Assembly (NCBI GenBank): GCA_038150265.1
Contig: JAYOTF010000018.1
Location: forward strand, 2,458-66,457
Source of the DNA: Deltaproteobacteria bacterium
Lineage (GTDB): Bacteria > SAR324 > NAC60-12
Reading direction: 5' to 3'
Length of the DNA: 64,000 nucleotides
Translations under genes and position numbers: made by a program
Notes under the pieces: model-generated
Told to the model about the DNA's origin: nothing
Seen by the model: only the letters and a program-made list of their open reading frames with translations
Database searches by the model: none
Part shown: piece by piece, positions 52,483 to 61,664 of the stretch
Position numbering within the stretch: the stretch's first letter is position 1
How the letters are laid out: the number at the start of each line of letters is the position of its first letter

Positions 52483-53459
52483 AAGACGTTTCCCGGCACT
52501 TTGACGTCAAGGCCGGCCTGTTCGGACGCGTGGTGCAGGGAAAGCCCGACCGCAAGATCAAGGCGGTGGAAAGCGTCAACTTCACCCTCGCGGAAGATGA
52601 GGTCCTTGGCATTGCTGGCGAATCCGGATGTGGCAAGTCCACCACCTGCCTGATGATCGCCGGACTCCTGCAACCCTCGTCTGGAGACATCCTTTACGAG
52701 GGCCGGGCCCTCAGCCAGTTCAGCGCCTCCGACCGCCAGTGGTACCGGAGCCAGGTGCAGATGATCTTTCAGGATCCGTATGAGTCGCTCAACCCGCGGT
52801 TCCGGGTCTTTGACACGGTGGCTGAAGGGCCCCGGGCGCTGAAGATGTGGCCCGAGCCCGAGATTGCCCGCCGGGTGGAGGAGATGCTGCAGAGCGTGGG
52901 GCTGCCTCCGGCCAAGTATGCCGAGCGCTACCCGCACGAACTCAGTGGTGGCGAACGCCAACGCGTCGGCATCGCCAGTGCGCTCGTGATGGAGCCCCGG
53001 ATGGTGGTGGCCGATGAGCCGCTGTCGATGCTGGACGTGTCCATCCGGGCTGGCATCCTCGACCTCCTCAAGGACCTGGCCCGGCAGCGCCACTTCTCCT
53101 GCATCTACGTCTCCCACGACCTGTCGATCCTGGGACACATTGCCGACCGGCTGATGATCATGTACCTCGGGCAGGCCATGGAAATTGGTCCGGCCCACGA
53201 GGTCATCCGCCACCCGAAGCACCCGTACACCCGTGCCCTCATCCATGCGGTTCCGGTTCCGGATCCTCGGACTCGCCGGCCGGTGCCCAACATTTCAGGC
53301 GACCTGTCTCGTCCCATTGATCCGCCTCCGGGGTGCCGCTTTGCCCCACGCTGCCCGTATGCCGATGCGTCTTGCCGCGAAACCTTCTTGCCGCTGGAAC
53401 GTCACTCAGCCGTATCGCATCAGGCCGCCTGTCACCGCCTGGAGGCCCTTGACCTGTAA
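52464..53459 (+). CDS. Peptide-type ABC ATP-binding protein (OppF-like)
   Basis: GESGCGKST, FQDPYESLNPR, LSGGERQR, GCRFAPRCP. Confidence 0.93.
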   Translation: MALLELKDVSRHFDVKAGLFGRVVQGKPDRKIKAVESVNFTLAEDEVLGIAGESGCGKSTTCLMIAGLLQPSSGDILYEGRALSQFSASDRQWYRSQVQMIFQDPYESLNPRFRVFDTVAEGPRALKMWPEPEIARRVEEMLQSVGLPPAKYAERYPHELSGGERQRVGIASALVMEPRMVVADEPLSMLDVSIRAGILDLLKDLARQRHFSCIYVSHDLSILGHIADRLMIMYLGQAMEIGPAHEVIRHPKHPYTRALIHAVPVPDPRTRRPVPNISGDLSRPIDPPPGCRFAPRCPYADASCRETFLPLERHSAVSHQAACHRLEALDL

Positions 53460-53481
53460 CCCTTCTTTCTGTTCGTAAGGC

Positions 53482-54609
53482 ATGAACCAGGAACAAGCAG
53501 ACGTCGTCATCATCGGCGGAGGCGTCATTGGGGCGTCACTGGGCTACGGCCTCACCAAGCGCCAGGCCCGGGTCATCATCCTGGACCGCGAGGACTTCCG
53601 CCTGACGGCCTCCCGGGGCAATTTTGGGCTCGTTTGGGTCCAGAGCAAGGGCTTTGGCATGCCTCGGTACGCCCAATGGAGCCAGGAGGCAGCGGAGCGC
53701 TGGCCTGCGTTTTCAGAGCAACTCGAGAGCGAAACCGGCCTGGCCCTCAGCTACCAGCAAACCGGGGGCTTTGAGATGTGCCTCGGCGAAGAGGAGTTTG
53801 CCCAGCGCGAGGCCTTCCTGGAGCAGATGCGGCAGCAGTCCCTCACCGGCACCTACCCCTGCACCATGATGACCCGCGAGGCGATGCAGGAGCGCATGCC
53901 CCGGATTGAGCTGGGCCCCAGGGTCAGTGGCGGCTCCTTTTGTGCGTACGATGGCATCGTCAACCCCCTGCACCTGCTCAAGGCCCTCCACGAGGGGTTT
54001 GCCCAACAGGGCGGGGAGTTTCATCCCGGACACACCGTCCAGACCATCCGGCCCACCGGCCGGGGCTTTCAGATCGAAACCGAGACCCAGCGCTATGAGG
54101 CCGCCAAGCTCGTCTTTGCTTCGGGCCTGGCCACCACCCAGCTGGCCGGCCTCGTGGGCCTGCAGGTGCCCGTGGCCCCGCAGCGCGGGCAGGTGCTGGT
54201 AACGGAGCGGACCGAGCGGATCTTCCCCTTTGCCACCGGACGCATCCGTCAGAATGCCGACGGCAGCTTCATGCTGGGCGCCTCTCATGAAGACGTGGGC
54301 TACGACCTGGCCACAACCAACGAGGTGATGCAGGAAATTGCCACTCATGCCATTGAGGTGTTTCCGGCGCTCAAGCAGCTGCAGCTCATCCGCAGCTGGG
54401 GAGCCCTGAGGGTGCTGACTCCAGACCAGAAACCCGTGTACGTTGAGTCTGAAGCCTGCCCCGGCGCCTATGCCGTCACCAGTCATAGCGGGGTCAGCCT
54501 GGCTTCCCTCCACTCCACCTACCTTCCGGAGTGGATCCTCAACGGGCAGACGCAGCCCGGTTTTGACGCCTTTCACCCGAGGAGGTTCGATGTTTCACCA
54601 GCCGCGTGA
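53482..54609 (+). CDS. Flavin-containing opine dehydrogenase/oxidase beta subunit (OoxB/NoxB/HcnC-like)
   Basis: IIGGGVIG, ASRGNFGLVWVQSKG, PQRGQ, WGALRV, HSGVSLA. Confidence 0.85.
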   Translation: MNQEQADVVIIGGGVIGASLGYGLTKRQARVIILDREDFRLTASRGNFGLVWVQSKGFGMPRYAQWSQEAAERWPAFSEQLESETGLALSYQQTGGFEMCLGEEEFAQREAFLEQMRQQSLTGTYPCTMMTREAMQERMPRIELGPRVSGGSFCAYDGIVNPLHLLKALHEGFAQQGGEFHPGHTVQTIRPTGRGFQIETETQRYEAAKLVFASGLATTQLAGLVGLQVPVAPQRGQVLVTERTERIFPFATGRIRQNADGSFMLGASHEDVGYDLATTNEVMQEIATHAIEVFPALKQLQLIRSWGALRVLTPDQKPVYVESEACPGAYAVTSHSGVSLASLHSTYLPEWILNGQTQPGFDAFHPRRFDVSPAA

Positions 54610-54880
54610 CCCGCGGAGTCCGTCTGTCCCCTTCACGTTTGAGGGCCAGGCCTGCGAGGCCACTGCTGGCCAAACCGTGGCTGCTGCCCTGATGGGCGCC
54701 GGGCACCTCACCCTCCGGGAGTCCATCGTCAGCGGCTCCCCACGGGCTGCCTACTGCATGATGGGGGTCTGCTTTGAGTGCCTCGTGGAAATCGACGGGC
54801 ACCCCAACCAGCAGGCCTGCATGGTCCTGATCCGCGAGGGCATGCAGATCAAACGACAATCTCGCCCACTTGGAGAGTGA
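54590..54880 (+). CDS. 2Fe-2S subunit (opine dehydrogenase gamma / HcnA-like)
   Basis: GQTVAAAL, YCMMGVCFECLVEIDG...QAC; GGAGG RBS. Confidence 0.88.
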   Translation: MFHQPRDPRSPSVPFTFEGQACEATAGQTVAAALMGAGHLTLRESIVSGSPRAAYCMMGVCFECLVEIDGHPNQQACMVLIREGMQIKRQSRPLGE

Positions 54881-54881
54881 C

Positions 54882-56291
54882 ATGCCTTCTTATCCGGAAT
54901 ACGATTACGTCATCATCGGGTCCGGCCCTGCCGGCATGGCCGCTGCGGTCACGGCGAGGCAGCAGGGCCTGTCGGTGCTGGTTCTGGACGAACAACCGGC
55001 CGTGGGGGGGCAGATCTACCGGAACCTGGAAGCCCTGGAGTCAGACCGTCCGGACGAGTTCCGCAAGCTTGGCGCCGAGTACCAAACCGCCAGCGAACTG
55101 GTCCGGGCGTTCCGGCAGAGTGGCGCGGAGCACCTGAGGGGCCGCTCCGTTTGGCAGATTGATCCCGACCTGACCATCCGGCACCTCGGGCTGGTGGACT
55201 CTGGCACAACGGTCCCCTCCGGATGCCGGGCCAAGCGGCTCCTCATCGCCATTGGTGCCATGGAACGTCCGATGCCGCTGCCCGGATGGACGCTTCCGGG
55301 CGTCATGGCCTGCACCGCGGCGGATGTGCTTTACAAAAGCTCCGGGCTCTTGCCCAGCGGACAGGTGGTGCTGGCAGGAAGCGGGCCCCTGCTCCTGCTC
55401 ATTGCCTGCCGCCTCCTGGATGCCGGTGTGTCGATCGGGGCCTTCCTGGACACCAATCCACGAGGCTCGTTGCTCAAGGCGCTGCCGCTGCTGCCGGATG
55501 CCCTGAAGGCCGCAGGCTACCTGACCAAGGGGGCCGGAATGCTGTGGAAGCTCTACACGTCCGGAATCCCGGTCCACTCCGGGGTCGATGGCCTGGAAGC
55601 GGTGGGAGACGAACAGGTGAAGAAGGTCCGGTTCCGCAAGGAAGGCCAGTGGCACGAAGTGGAAACCGACCTCTTTTTGCTGCATCATGGCGTGGTGCCC
55701 AATGTGCAGATCACCCGGCAGCTGGGCTGCGAACACCGCTGGTATGAACCGCAGCGCTACTGGGAGCCCGTGCTGGACGAGTGGGGAAACACCACTCTTG
55801 ACAACGTCGCGGTCGCCGGAGACTGTGGACGGGTCTGTGGCGCAGCCGTTTCCGAACTCTCCGGACACCTCGCTGCACTGGAAACCGCCCGGGCGCTGGG
55901 CCGGCTTTCGCCAACGGGTCGGGATGCGGCCGCCGCGCCCTTCCGGACCCAGCTGGCCAGGCAGAAGGCCGTCCGCCCCTTTCTGGATGCCCTCTTTGCT
56001 CCGGCACAGCCGTGGCTGGTTCCCGAAAATGAAGACACCGTCGTGTGCCGCTGCGAGGAAGTGCGGGTCCGGGACCTCCGGACCGTCGTTCAGCACGGAG
56101 TTCAGGGACCGGACCGCGTCAAGTCCATGATCCGTTGTGGCATGGGGCCCTGCCAGGCCCGGATGTGTGGCCTGACGGTTTCCGAGGTGATTGCCGATGA
56201 GCGCCAGCTGTCTCCCGAAGACGTCGGCTACTTCCGCATCCGCTCCCCCATCAAGCCCGTGACCCTCGCTCAGCTGGCTGGACTGGATTGA
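54882..56291 (+). CDS. Opine dehydrogenase/oxidase alpha subunit (OoxA/NoxA/HcnB-like) with BFD-like Fe-S domain
   Basis: GSGPAG, GGQIYR, ERPMPLPGWTLPGV, CRCEEV...RCGMGPCQARMC, R.PIKPV. Confidence 0.88.
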   Translation: MPSYPEYDYVIIGSGPAGMAAAVTARQQGLSVLVLDEQPAVGGQIYRNLEALESDRPDEFRKLGAEYQTASELVRAFRQSGAEHLRGRSVWQIDPDLTIRHLGLVDSGTTVPSGCRAKRLLIAIGAMERPMPLPGWTLPGVMACTAADVLYKSSGLLPSGQVVLAGSGPLLLLIACRLLDAGVSIGAFLDTNPRGSLLKALPLLPDALKAAGYLTKGAGMLWKLYTSGIPVHSGVDGLEAVGDEQVKKVRFRKEGQWHEVETDLFLLHHGVVPNVQITRQLGCEHRWYEPQRYWEPVLDEWGNTTLDNVAVAGDCGRVCGAAVSELSGHLAALETARALGRLSPTGRDAAAAPFRTQLARQKAVRPFLDALFAPAQPWLVPENEDTVVCRCEEVRVRDLRTVVQHGVQGPDRVKSMIRCGMGPCQARMCGLTVSEVIADERQLSPEDVGYFRIRSPIKPVTLAQLAGLD

Positions 56292-56341
56292 CCCACCCCG
56301 TCCCAGCCTTGGGGGCGGTCCGGAGTGTTTCAGGTTGATCC

Positions 56342-57235
56342 ATGAATTTTCGACAAATGGAGGCGTTCGACGCCGTCATGAAAACCGGGAGCATGACCCT
56401 TGCCGGGAAGCTCCTTTACATCAGCCAGCCTGCTGTGAGCCGGCTCATCCTTGAGCTGGAGCAGGAGGTGGGGTTCAAGCTTTTTGAGCGCCGCAAGAAC
56501 GGCCTGAGCCCCACGGTGGAGGGCGAGCTGCTCTATGAGGAGGTGGAGAAGTCCTTTGTGGGGCTCCGGGAGCTTTCTCAAACGGCAGACTCCATCCGGG
56601 AACTCCGGCGCGGGGTGCTCCGCATCATCGCCATGCCGGGGGTCACGCACCTGATGCTTCCGAGTGTCATGGAGCACTTCTGGGAACACTTCCCCAACAT
56701 CAATGTCGAAATCGAAAGCCACCCCCGGACGGTGGTGGTGGATTGGATCCACTCCAAGCAGTTTGACATTGGCATCGCCAACCTTCCGATTGACAGCCAC
56801 GAAATCCAGGTCGGCCTCACCTTTGACGTCAGCATGATGTGCGTGATGCCAGAGCACCACCGGTTTGCCCAGAAGGAGCGGCTGCTGCTGAAGGACCTCA
56901 GCGACGAGAGCCTGGTCACCTTTCCGCTGGGGACCTACGTCCGGCACCAGGTCGAGGAGTTGCTGGAGAAGAACCAGGTCAAGTGCCGCTTCAAGCTGTC
57001 GGCCCGCTCCACCTCAGACATCTACCAGTACGTCAAGCATGGGGCGGGCATCTCCCTCGTCTTTCCCTTCGACCAGTTTGGGGACAGCGCCATCTCCGGG
57101 CTCGTGTTCCGTCCGGTGGAGGTCGACTTCTGCATGCAGATCGGCATCATGCACTCCAAGCGCCGCAAGCCCTCCATCGCGGCCACCCACTTCCTGACGG
57201 TCATGGAAGAGCTGATCCAGCAGCGAGACCGCTGA
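56342..57235 (+). CDS. LysR family transcriptional regulator (OccR/NocR-like)
   Basis: MNFRQMEAF...ISQPAVSRLI..LE..GFKLFER HTH; 297 aa. Confidence 0.93.
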   Translation: MNFRQMEAFDAVMKTGSMTLAGKLLYISQPAVSRLILELEQEVGFKLFERRKNGLSPTVEGELLYEEVEKSFVGLRELSQTADSIRELRRGVLRIIAMPGVTHLMLPSVMEHFWEHFPNINVEIESHPRTVVVDWIHSKQFDIGIANLPIDSHEIQVGLTFDVSMMCVMPEHHRFAQKERLLLKDLSDESLVTFPLGTYVRHQVEELLEKNQVKCRFKLSARSTSDIYQYVKHGAGISLVFPFDQFGDSAISGLVFRPVEVDFCMQIGIMHSKRRKPSIAATHFLTVMEELIQQRDR

Positions 57236-57253
57236 GGGCGATCCGGATTCCGC

Positions 57254-57282
57254 TTGCAATGCCACGTCCGGAAGGGGATACT
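57254..57282 (+). promoter_or_regulatory. Sigma70-type promoter upstream of ffs-dnaX
   Basis: TTGCAA-N17-GATACT. Confidence 0.5.
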
Positions 57283-57367
57283 GGCTGACCAGTCCCTCAA
57301 GGGATCCCGTTTCCTTGAGCCCGGATGCCGATCCTTGCAGCGCCCTCCAAACGGGCTCTGTCCTGAT

Positions 57368-57460
57368 GGCCGGGAATTGCGCAATTGAAGATTTCGAACC
57401 GTGTCAGGTCCTAGCGGAAGCAGCACTAAGATTTTGGAGATGTGCCGCAAACTCCCGGTC
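57368..57460 (+). ncRNA. ffs: Small bacterial SRP RNA (4.5S)
   Basis: Helix-8 consensus CGTGTCAGGTCC-TAGC-GGAAGCAGCAC; closing helix GGCCGGGAATTGCG / CGCAAACTCCCGGTC; usual position immediately upstream of dnaX. Confidence 0.9.
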
Positions 57461-57477
57461 TCCCGGAAACTCCCCAC

Positions 57478-59415
57478 ATGAGCTACGTTGTTCTGGCGCG
57501 CAAGCTGCGTCCAGCCCGCTTTGCCGACCTCATTGGCCAGGAAACCACTGCCCGCATCCTCCGGAATGCGCTGCTGCACGACCGGGTGGCCCACGCCTTC
57601 CTGTTCTGCGGCTCCCGCGGAACCGGCAAGACCAGCGCTGCCCGCATCCTCACCCGGGCCCTCAACTGCCTGACGCCGGAAGACGGCGACCCCTGTGGCC
57701 GTTGCGACAACTGCCGGGAGATTGCCTCGAATGCCTCTCCGGATGTCTTTGAGATCGATGCCGCTTCCAACCGAGGCATTGAGAACATCCGGGAACTGCG
57801 AGAAAACGTCAACTACACCCCCGCCCGCTGCCGCTACAAGGTCTACATCATCGACGAAGCGCACATGCTGACGCTGGAGTCGTTCAATGCGTTGCTCAAG
57901 ACCCTTGAGGAACCGCCCCCGCACGTCAAGTTCATCCTGGCGACCACCGACCCTCACAAGGTCCCACAGACGATCCTCTCGCGCTGCCAGCGTTACGACT
58001 TCCTCCGCATTCCGGTCCAGAAGATGGCGGACTACCTGGAAGGCGTGGTCCAGAACGAAGGCATTGACCTCCCCCGGAAGTCGCTGGAGTTGATCGCCCG
58101 GAACTCCGTTGGTGGCATGCGAGACGCCCTGACGGCCATTGACCAGGTCCTGAGCTCCGTTGGCACCTCGGCCTCGGAAGAAGAGGTCGCTCAGGCGCTT
58201 GGGTTGATGGATGCACAGGGGCGCCTGACGCTGCTGCAGGCCCTCCTGCGCAAAGACACCGCTGGCGCCATGCGGTGCTTCCAGGACGTCCAATCCCGGG
58301 GCCATGACCTGCACGACCTGCTGGCGGAGCTGCTGGATGCGGTGAAGACGATTTCGCTGATGCAAACCCTTGGTCCGGACCCGGGGCTCTTTGAAAACCT
58401 CCCCACCGAGGAACGGGAGGCGCTCGCGGAGTTGGGCACCCAGGCTTCAGCAGATGAGCTTCAGCAGATGTTCCAGATCCTCCTTGAGCTGGAGGAGCGC
58501 ATGAAGCGCAGCGCGTATGCCCGGATCTGCTTTGAGATGGCGATTCTGCAACTGGCATCGGTGCATCCGCTCATTGGCATTCCGGAGCTGATTCGTCAGG
58601 TCCAGGCGCTTCCTGCCCAGCCCGGAGGAACGCCCGGACCTTCCGGAGCAGCGGCGCCCCCACGTTCTGCGCCGCCCTCCAGTCCGCCCGCCTCGGGAAC
58701 CCCACCGGCGGCGCCCGCGCCTTCGGTTTCTCCAGCACGCTCGATCACCTCGGTTCTGAAGGGGGAATCGTCCGCCCGTGTGGCGGCTCCCGGTGCTTCA
58801 GCACCGGCCCCGGCTGCAGCGGTCACGGCTCCGCAGGCTCCCTCAGGGGAAGCGCCTCCAGCGGCCCCGGTTGCGGTTCGTCCCCCAGCTCCGGAAGCCC
58901 CACCGCCCTCCCGAATGCCCCCAGCCCCGGAAGGGCCAACGATTGCTCCGGCCACGCCTCCCGCGACCGCCCCCCCGGAAACCGTGGCGGCCGTCGCCGA
59001 ACCCGCCCCTGCGCTCCACCCGGCTCCCACGCAACCGCCTCCGGAACTGTGGACCCGGTTTGTTGAAGAGGTCGGAAGGCAGTCCTCCCGCCTTGGGGGG
59101 ATGCTGCGGAATGCCCTTCCCGACACGCTGGAAGGAGGGGTGGTGCACCTCGCCTTCCGGCCATCGGGTCTGGAGCAGATGCTCACCCCTCAGCACCTGA
59201 GCACCCTCACCGAGGTCGCCAGCGCCTTTCTTTCACGCCCGGTGTCCATTGTTCAGCAGGCTCCGGAAGGCCCGTGGCGGACCCTGAGCGAGCAGCAGCA
59301 GTTTCTGGAGCAAGAGGAGTTGGAGCGCAAGCGTCGGGACGCAGAAAACTTGCCTTTGGTGCAGACGCTGTTGAAGGTGTTTCCGGGAAGTCACTTTACG
59401 GTTCGGCTCGCGTAG
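57478..59415 (+). CDS. dnaX: DNA polymerase III subunit gamma/tau
   Basis: MSYVVLARKLRP, GSRGTGKT, EIDAASN, IIDEAHML, ILSRCQ; long Pro/Ala linker. Confidence 0.97.
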   Translation: MSYVVLARKLRPARFADLIGQETTARILRNALLHDRVAHAFLFCGSRGTGKTSAARILTRALNCLTPEDGDPCGRCDNCREIASNASPDVFEIDAASNRGIENIRELRENVNYTPARCRYKVYIIDEAHMLTLESFNALLKTLEEPPPHVKFILATTDPHKVPQTILSRCQRYDFLRIPVQKMADYLEGVVQNEGIDLPRKSLELIARNSVGGMRDALTAIDQVLSSVGTSASEEEVAQALGLMDAQGRLTLLQALLRKDTAGAMRCFQDVQSRGHDLHDLLAELLDAVKTISLMQTLGPDPGLFENLPTEEREALAELGTQASADELQQMFQILLELEERMKRSAYARICFEMAILQLASVHPLIGIPELIRQVQALPAQPGGTPGPSGAAAPPRSAPPSSPPASGTPPAAPAPSVSPARSITSVLKGESSARVAAPGASAPAPAAAVTAPQAPSGEAPPAAPVAVRPPAPEAPPPSRMPPAPEGPTIAPATPPATAPPETVAAVAEPAPALHPAPTQPPPELWTRFVEEVGRQSSRLGGMLRNALPDTLEGGVVHLAFRPSGLEQMLTPQHLSTLTEVASAFLSRPVSIVQQAPEGPWRTLSEQQQFLEQEELERKRRDAENLPLVQTLLKVFPGSHFTVRLA

Positions 59416-59448
59416 CCCCCCTTTTTTCCTTTGCCTTGAGGAGTTGCC

Positions 59449-59811
59449 ATGTTTGACATGAACGAGTTGATGAAAAAAGCCCAGGAGCTGTCTTCTTCCA
59501 TGCAGCAGAAGCAGGAGGAGCTGGCCCAGGAAACCTTTGAGGTGTCCGTCGGGGGAGAGATGGTCAAGATGACCTTCAACGGAAAAATGGAGCTGCTGGC
59601 CGTGTCCATTGATCCGGAAGTCGTGGACCCCACCGACGTGGAGACCCTTCAGGACCTCATCCGCTCTGCAGCCAACGAAGGCATCCGGCAGGCTCAGGAA
59701 CGCATGAAGAGCATGCTGGGGCAACAGTTCGGCAACATGACCGGCGGCATGAACCTGCAGAACTTCTTTCCGGGGGGCTTTCCCGGAGGCGGCGGCAGCA
59801 ACCAGAGCTGA
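59449..59811 (+). CDS. ybaB: YbaB/EbfC nucleoid-associated protein
   Basis: LMKKAQ, GGEMVK, IDPEVV..DVETLQDLI; follows dnaX. Confidence 0.92.
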   Translation: MFDMNELMKKAQELSSSMQQKQEELAQETFEVSVGGEMVKMTFNGKMELLAVSIDPEVVDPTDVETLQDLIRSAANEGIRQAQERMKSMLGQQFGNMTGGMNLQNFFPGGFPGGGGSNQS

Positions 59812-59819
59812 CGACTCCG

Positions 59820-60623
59820 GTGCGGAAGTGGCGACTGATTGAGGAGGGGCCTCGGTCGGGCTCCTTCAACATGGCAGCGGATCAGGTGCTGCTGGAGGCC
59901 TGTGCTCCAGATGCTCCTCCGACGCTCCGGCTCTATGCCTGGAGCCAGCCCACGCTTTCCATTGGGCGGAATGAGCCCCTTGATGCCCACCTGAACCTGA
60001 CGCGACTGCAACAGCTCGGCATCCCGGTCATCCGTCGGGTGACCGGCGGAAAGGCCGTGTTGCATGGGTTTGACCTGACCTATTCCGTCAGTGGAGCCGT
60101 CTTGCATCCGGAGTTTGCCGGTGGGGTTCTGGACAACTACCGCTTCCTGGCCCAGGGCTTCCTGCGCTTCTTTGCCGCACTTGGGCTGCAGCCGGAGTTG
60201 CAGGGAGAGCGCCTTTCCAAAGACAGCGACGCCCACATCTGCTTCACCGACCCGGCGGCGTATGAAATCCTCGTTGAGGGGCGCAAGCTCATTGGCAACG
60301 CCCAACGCGTCCGCTCCGTCCGGACGGAAGCCGGACCGCAACGCGTCTTCATGCAGCATGGCTCCATCCCCCTGACCGACTCGGTGCCGCTGCTGCACCA
60401 GATCTTTCCCCATGCCTCAGAAACCGAGTTGCGGCAGGAGATGCACTCCCTTGAGTCCTGCGGAGCCCTGGAGCAGCATTCGGAAGCCAGCCTGCGGGCG
60501 CTCTTTCTCGACAGCCTCGCAGAAGCCTTTGAGGTGGAGTGGCACCGCCAGCCCTGGACGGAATCCGAGCACGCCCGGATTCAGGAACAGGAATCCGCCT
60601 TCCCGGTGATTCAGGAGGCATGA
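59820..60623 (+). CDS. Lipoate-protein ligase / LipM-like octanoyltransferase family
   Basis: NMAAD, LRLYAW, RRVTGGKAVLH, ICF, KLIGNAQ, QHGS. Confidence 0.85.
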   Translation: MRKWRLIEEGPRSGSFNMAADQVLLEACAPDAPPTLRLYAWSQPTLSIGRNEPLDAHLNLTRLQQLGIPVIRRVTGGKAVLHGFDLTYSVSGAVLHPEFAGGVLDNYRFLAQGFLRFFAALGLQPELQGERLSKDSDAHICFTDPAAYEILVEGRKLIGNAQRVRSVRTEAGPQRVFMQHGSIPLTDSVPLLHQIFPHASETELRQEMHSLESCGALEQHSEASLRALFLDSLAEAFEVEWHRQPWTESEHARIQEQESAFPVIQEA

Positions 60624-60768
60624 ACTCTGCTTGAGTCATCTCGTTGACAATGAGACGGAAAATCTTGTAGGTTTTCGGACAAATTTGTTAAAAAGGGAAC
60701 CTGTATACGGTTCGCCCTTTCTGACCCTCAACCCGAGGCGTTGCTCGTCTCGGCTTTGGCCACCCAAC

Positions 60769-61290
60769 ATGCCGGAACTCAGCCCGTACACACGGGTGAT
60801 GTGTGATTGTCTCTCCGAAATGGAAGATGATCCGCCCGAGGAGATCGACTCCAAATGTCCCGTCGGGCATTTGCTGACCAACATGCTGCAGGGGCGGATG
60901 CTGGAGCACCTCAAGGCCCGGGTCAGCGAGCACTATGGCATTGCCCCGGAGGACCTCACCGACGAGTTCTCTACCGCCCTCATTGAGGTCTTCAACCAGG
61001 AAATCTTCGGCAGCTTCCGGAAAAAGATTGAGAGCCAGCCCTGGCTGATCTCCTACCTGGCGCGCCGGATTGTTGAGGCCGAGACCGGGAATGAGCCGTA
61101 TGCGGAGCAGCGCATCAACCGCCTCTACCTCTCCATCTTCTGCCGTTACCTGGAGTACCGGAACCTCGAGCAGATCATCGAGACCCTCCAGCGCGACCCC
61201 CGCATCCAGCAAACCATCCTCGAAGCCCAGCAAAAACGGGCAGATCCCGACCCCGGCCGCTCCCTTCCGGCCGCTCCTCGCCTCAGCTAG
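60769..61290 (+). CDS. Hypothetical protein
   Basis: Native-looking codon usage from ATG 60769; CDC and CPVGH motifs; upstream TTGACA-N18-TAGGTT. Confidence 0.65.
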   Translation: MPELSPYTRVMCDCLSEMEDDPPEEIDSKCPVGHLLTNMLQGRMLEHLKARVSEHYGIAPEDLTDEFSTALIEVFNQEIFGSFRKKIESQPWLISYLARRIVEAETGNEPYAEQRINRLYLSIFCRYLEYRNLEQIIETLQRDPRIQQTILEAQQKRADPDPGRSLPAAPRLS

Positions 61291-61298
61291 CCCCTTTA

Positions 61299-61360
61299 TC
61301 ACGTACGGTAATTTTTTCTTGTCATCGGCCGATTGAGTCGTTATTTTTTACCGTACGGTA
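61299..61360 (+). promoter_or_regulatory. hipBA promoter flanked by two palindromic operators
   Basis: TACCGTACGGTA (61349-61360) and degenerate TCACGTACGGTA (61299-61310) around TTGTCA-N17-TATTTT. Confidence 0.7.
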
Positions 61361-61379
61361 TCTTTTTAGAGGCATCGCC

Positions 61380-61664
61380 ATGACCAATGAAGACAACATT
61401 TACGGCGCGGTCCTGACCGTCGAGGAGCTCGGCCGCTTGGTGCGTGCCCATCGCAAGCACCGGCACCTGACCCTGGAAACGGTCTCCGGGCTCGGCAACC
61501 TGAGCACGCGCTTCCTTTCAGAGTTTGAACGCGGCAAGGAGACGGCAGAGGTCGGCAAGGTCCTGAAGGCCCTGCGCACCCTGGGCCTGGAGGTCATCAT
61601 CCAACCGCGTGGGCGGGCAACGCCGGTTCACCGTACCGGCAGGCCCCGTGAGGAAGCCCCATGA
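61380..61664 (+). CDS. hipB: HipB-like XRE/HTH antitoxin
   Basis: ELGRLVRAHRK...TLETVSGL...RFLSEFERGK...KVLKAL; ATGA overlap with hipA. Confidence 0.88.
   Translation: MTNEDNIYGAVLTVEELGRLVRAHRKHRHLTLETVSGLGNLSTRFLSEFERGKETAEVGKVLKALRTLGLEVIIQPRGRATPVHRTGRPREEAP

Noticed and set aside
53482-56291. Hydrogen cyanide synthase hcnABC
   Set aside because: Same fold family, but the gene order, the GNFGLVWVQSKG motif and the importer/LysR context indicate opine-type catabolism.
58600-59050. GC-rich quasi-repeats in dnaX (also the sucB linkers)
   Set aside because: They encode ordinary Pro/Ala linkers and are not CRISPR or mobile repeats.
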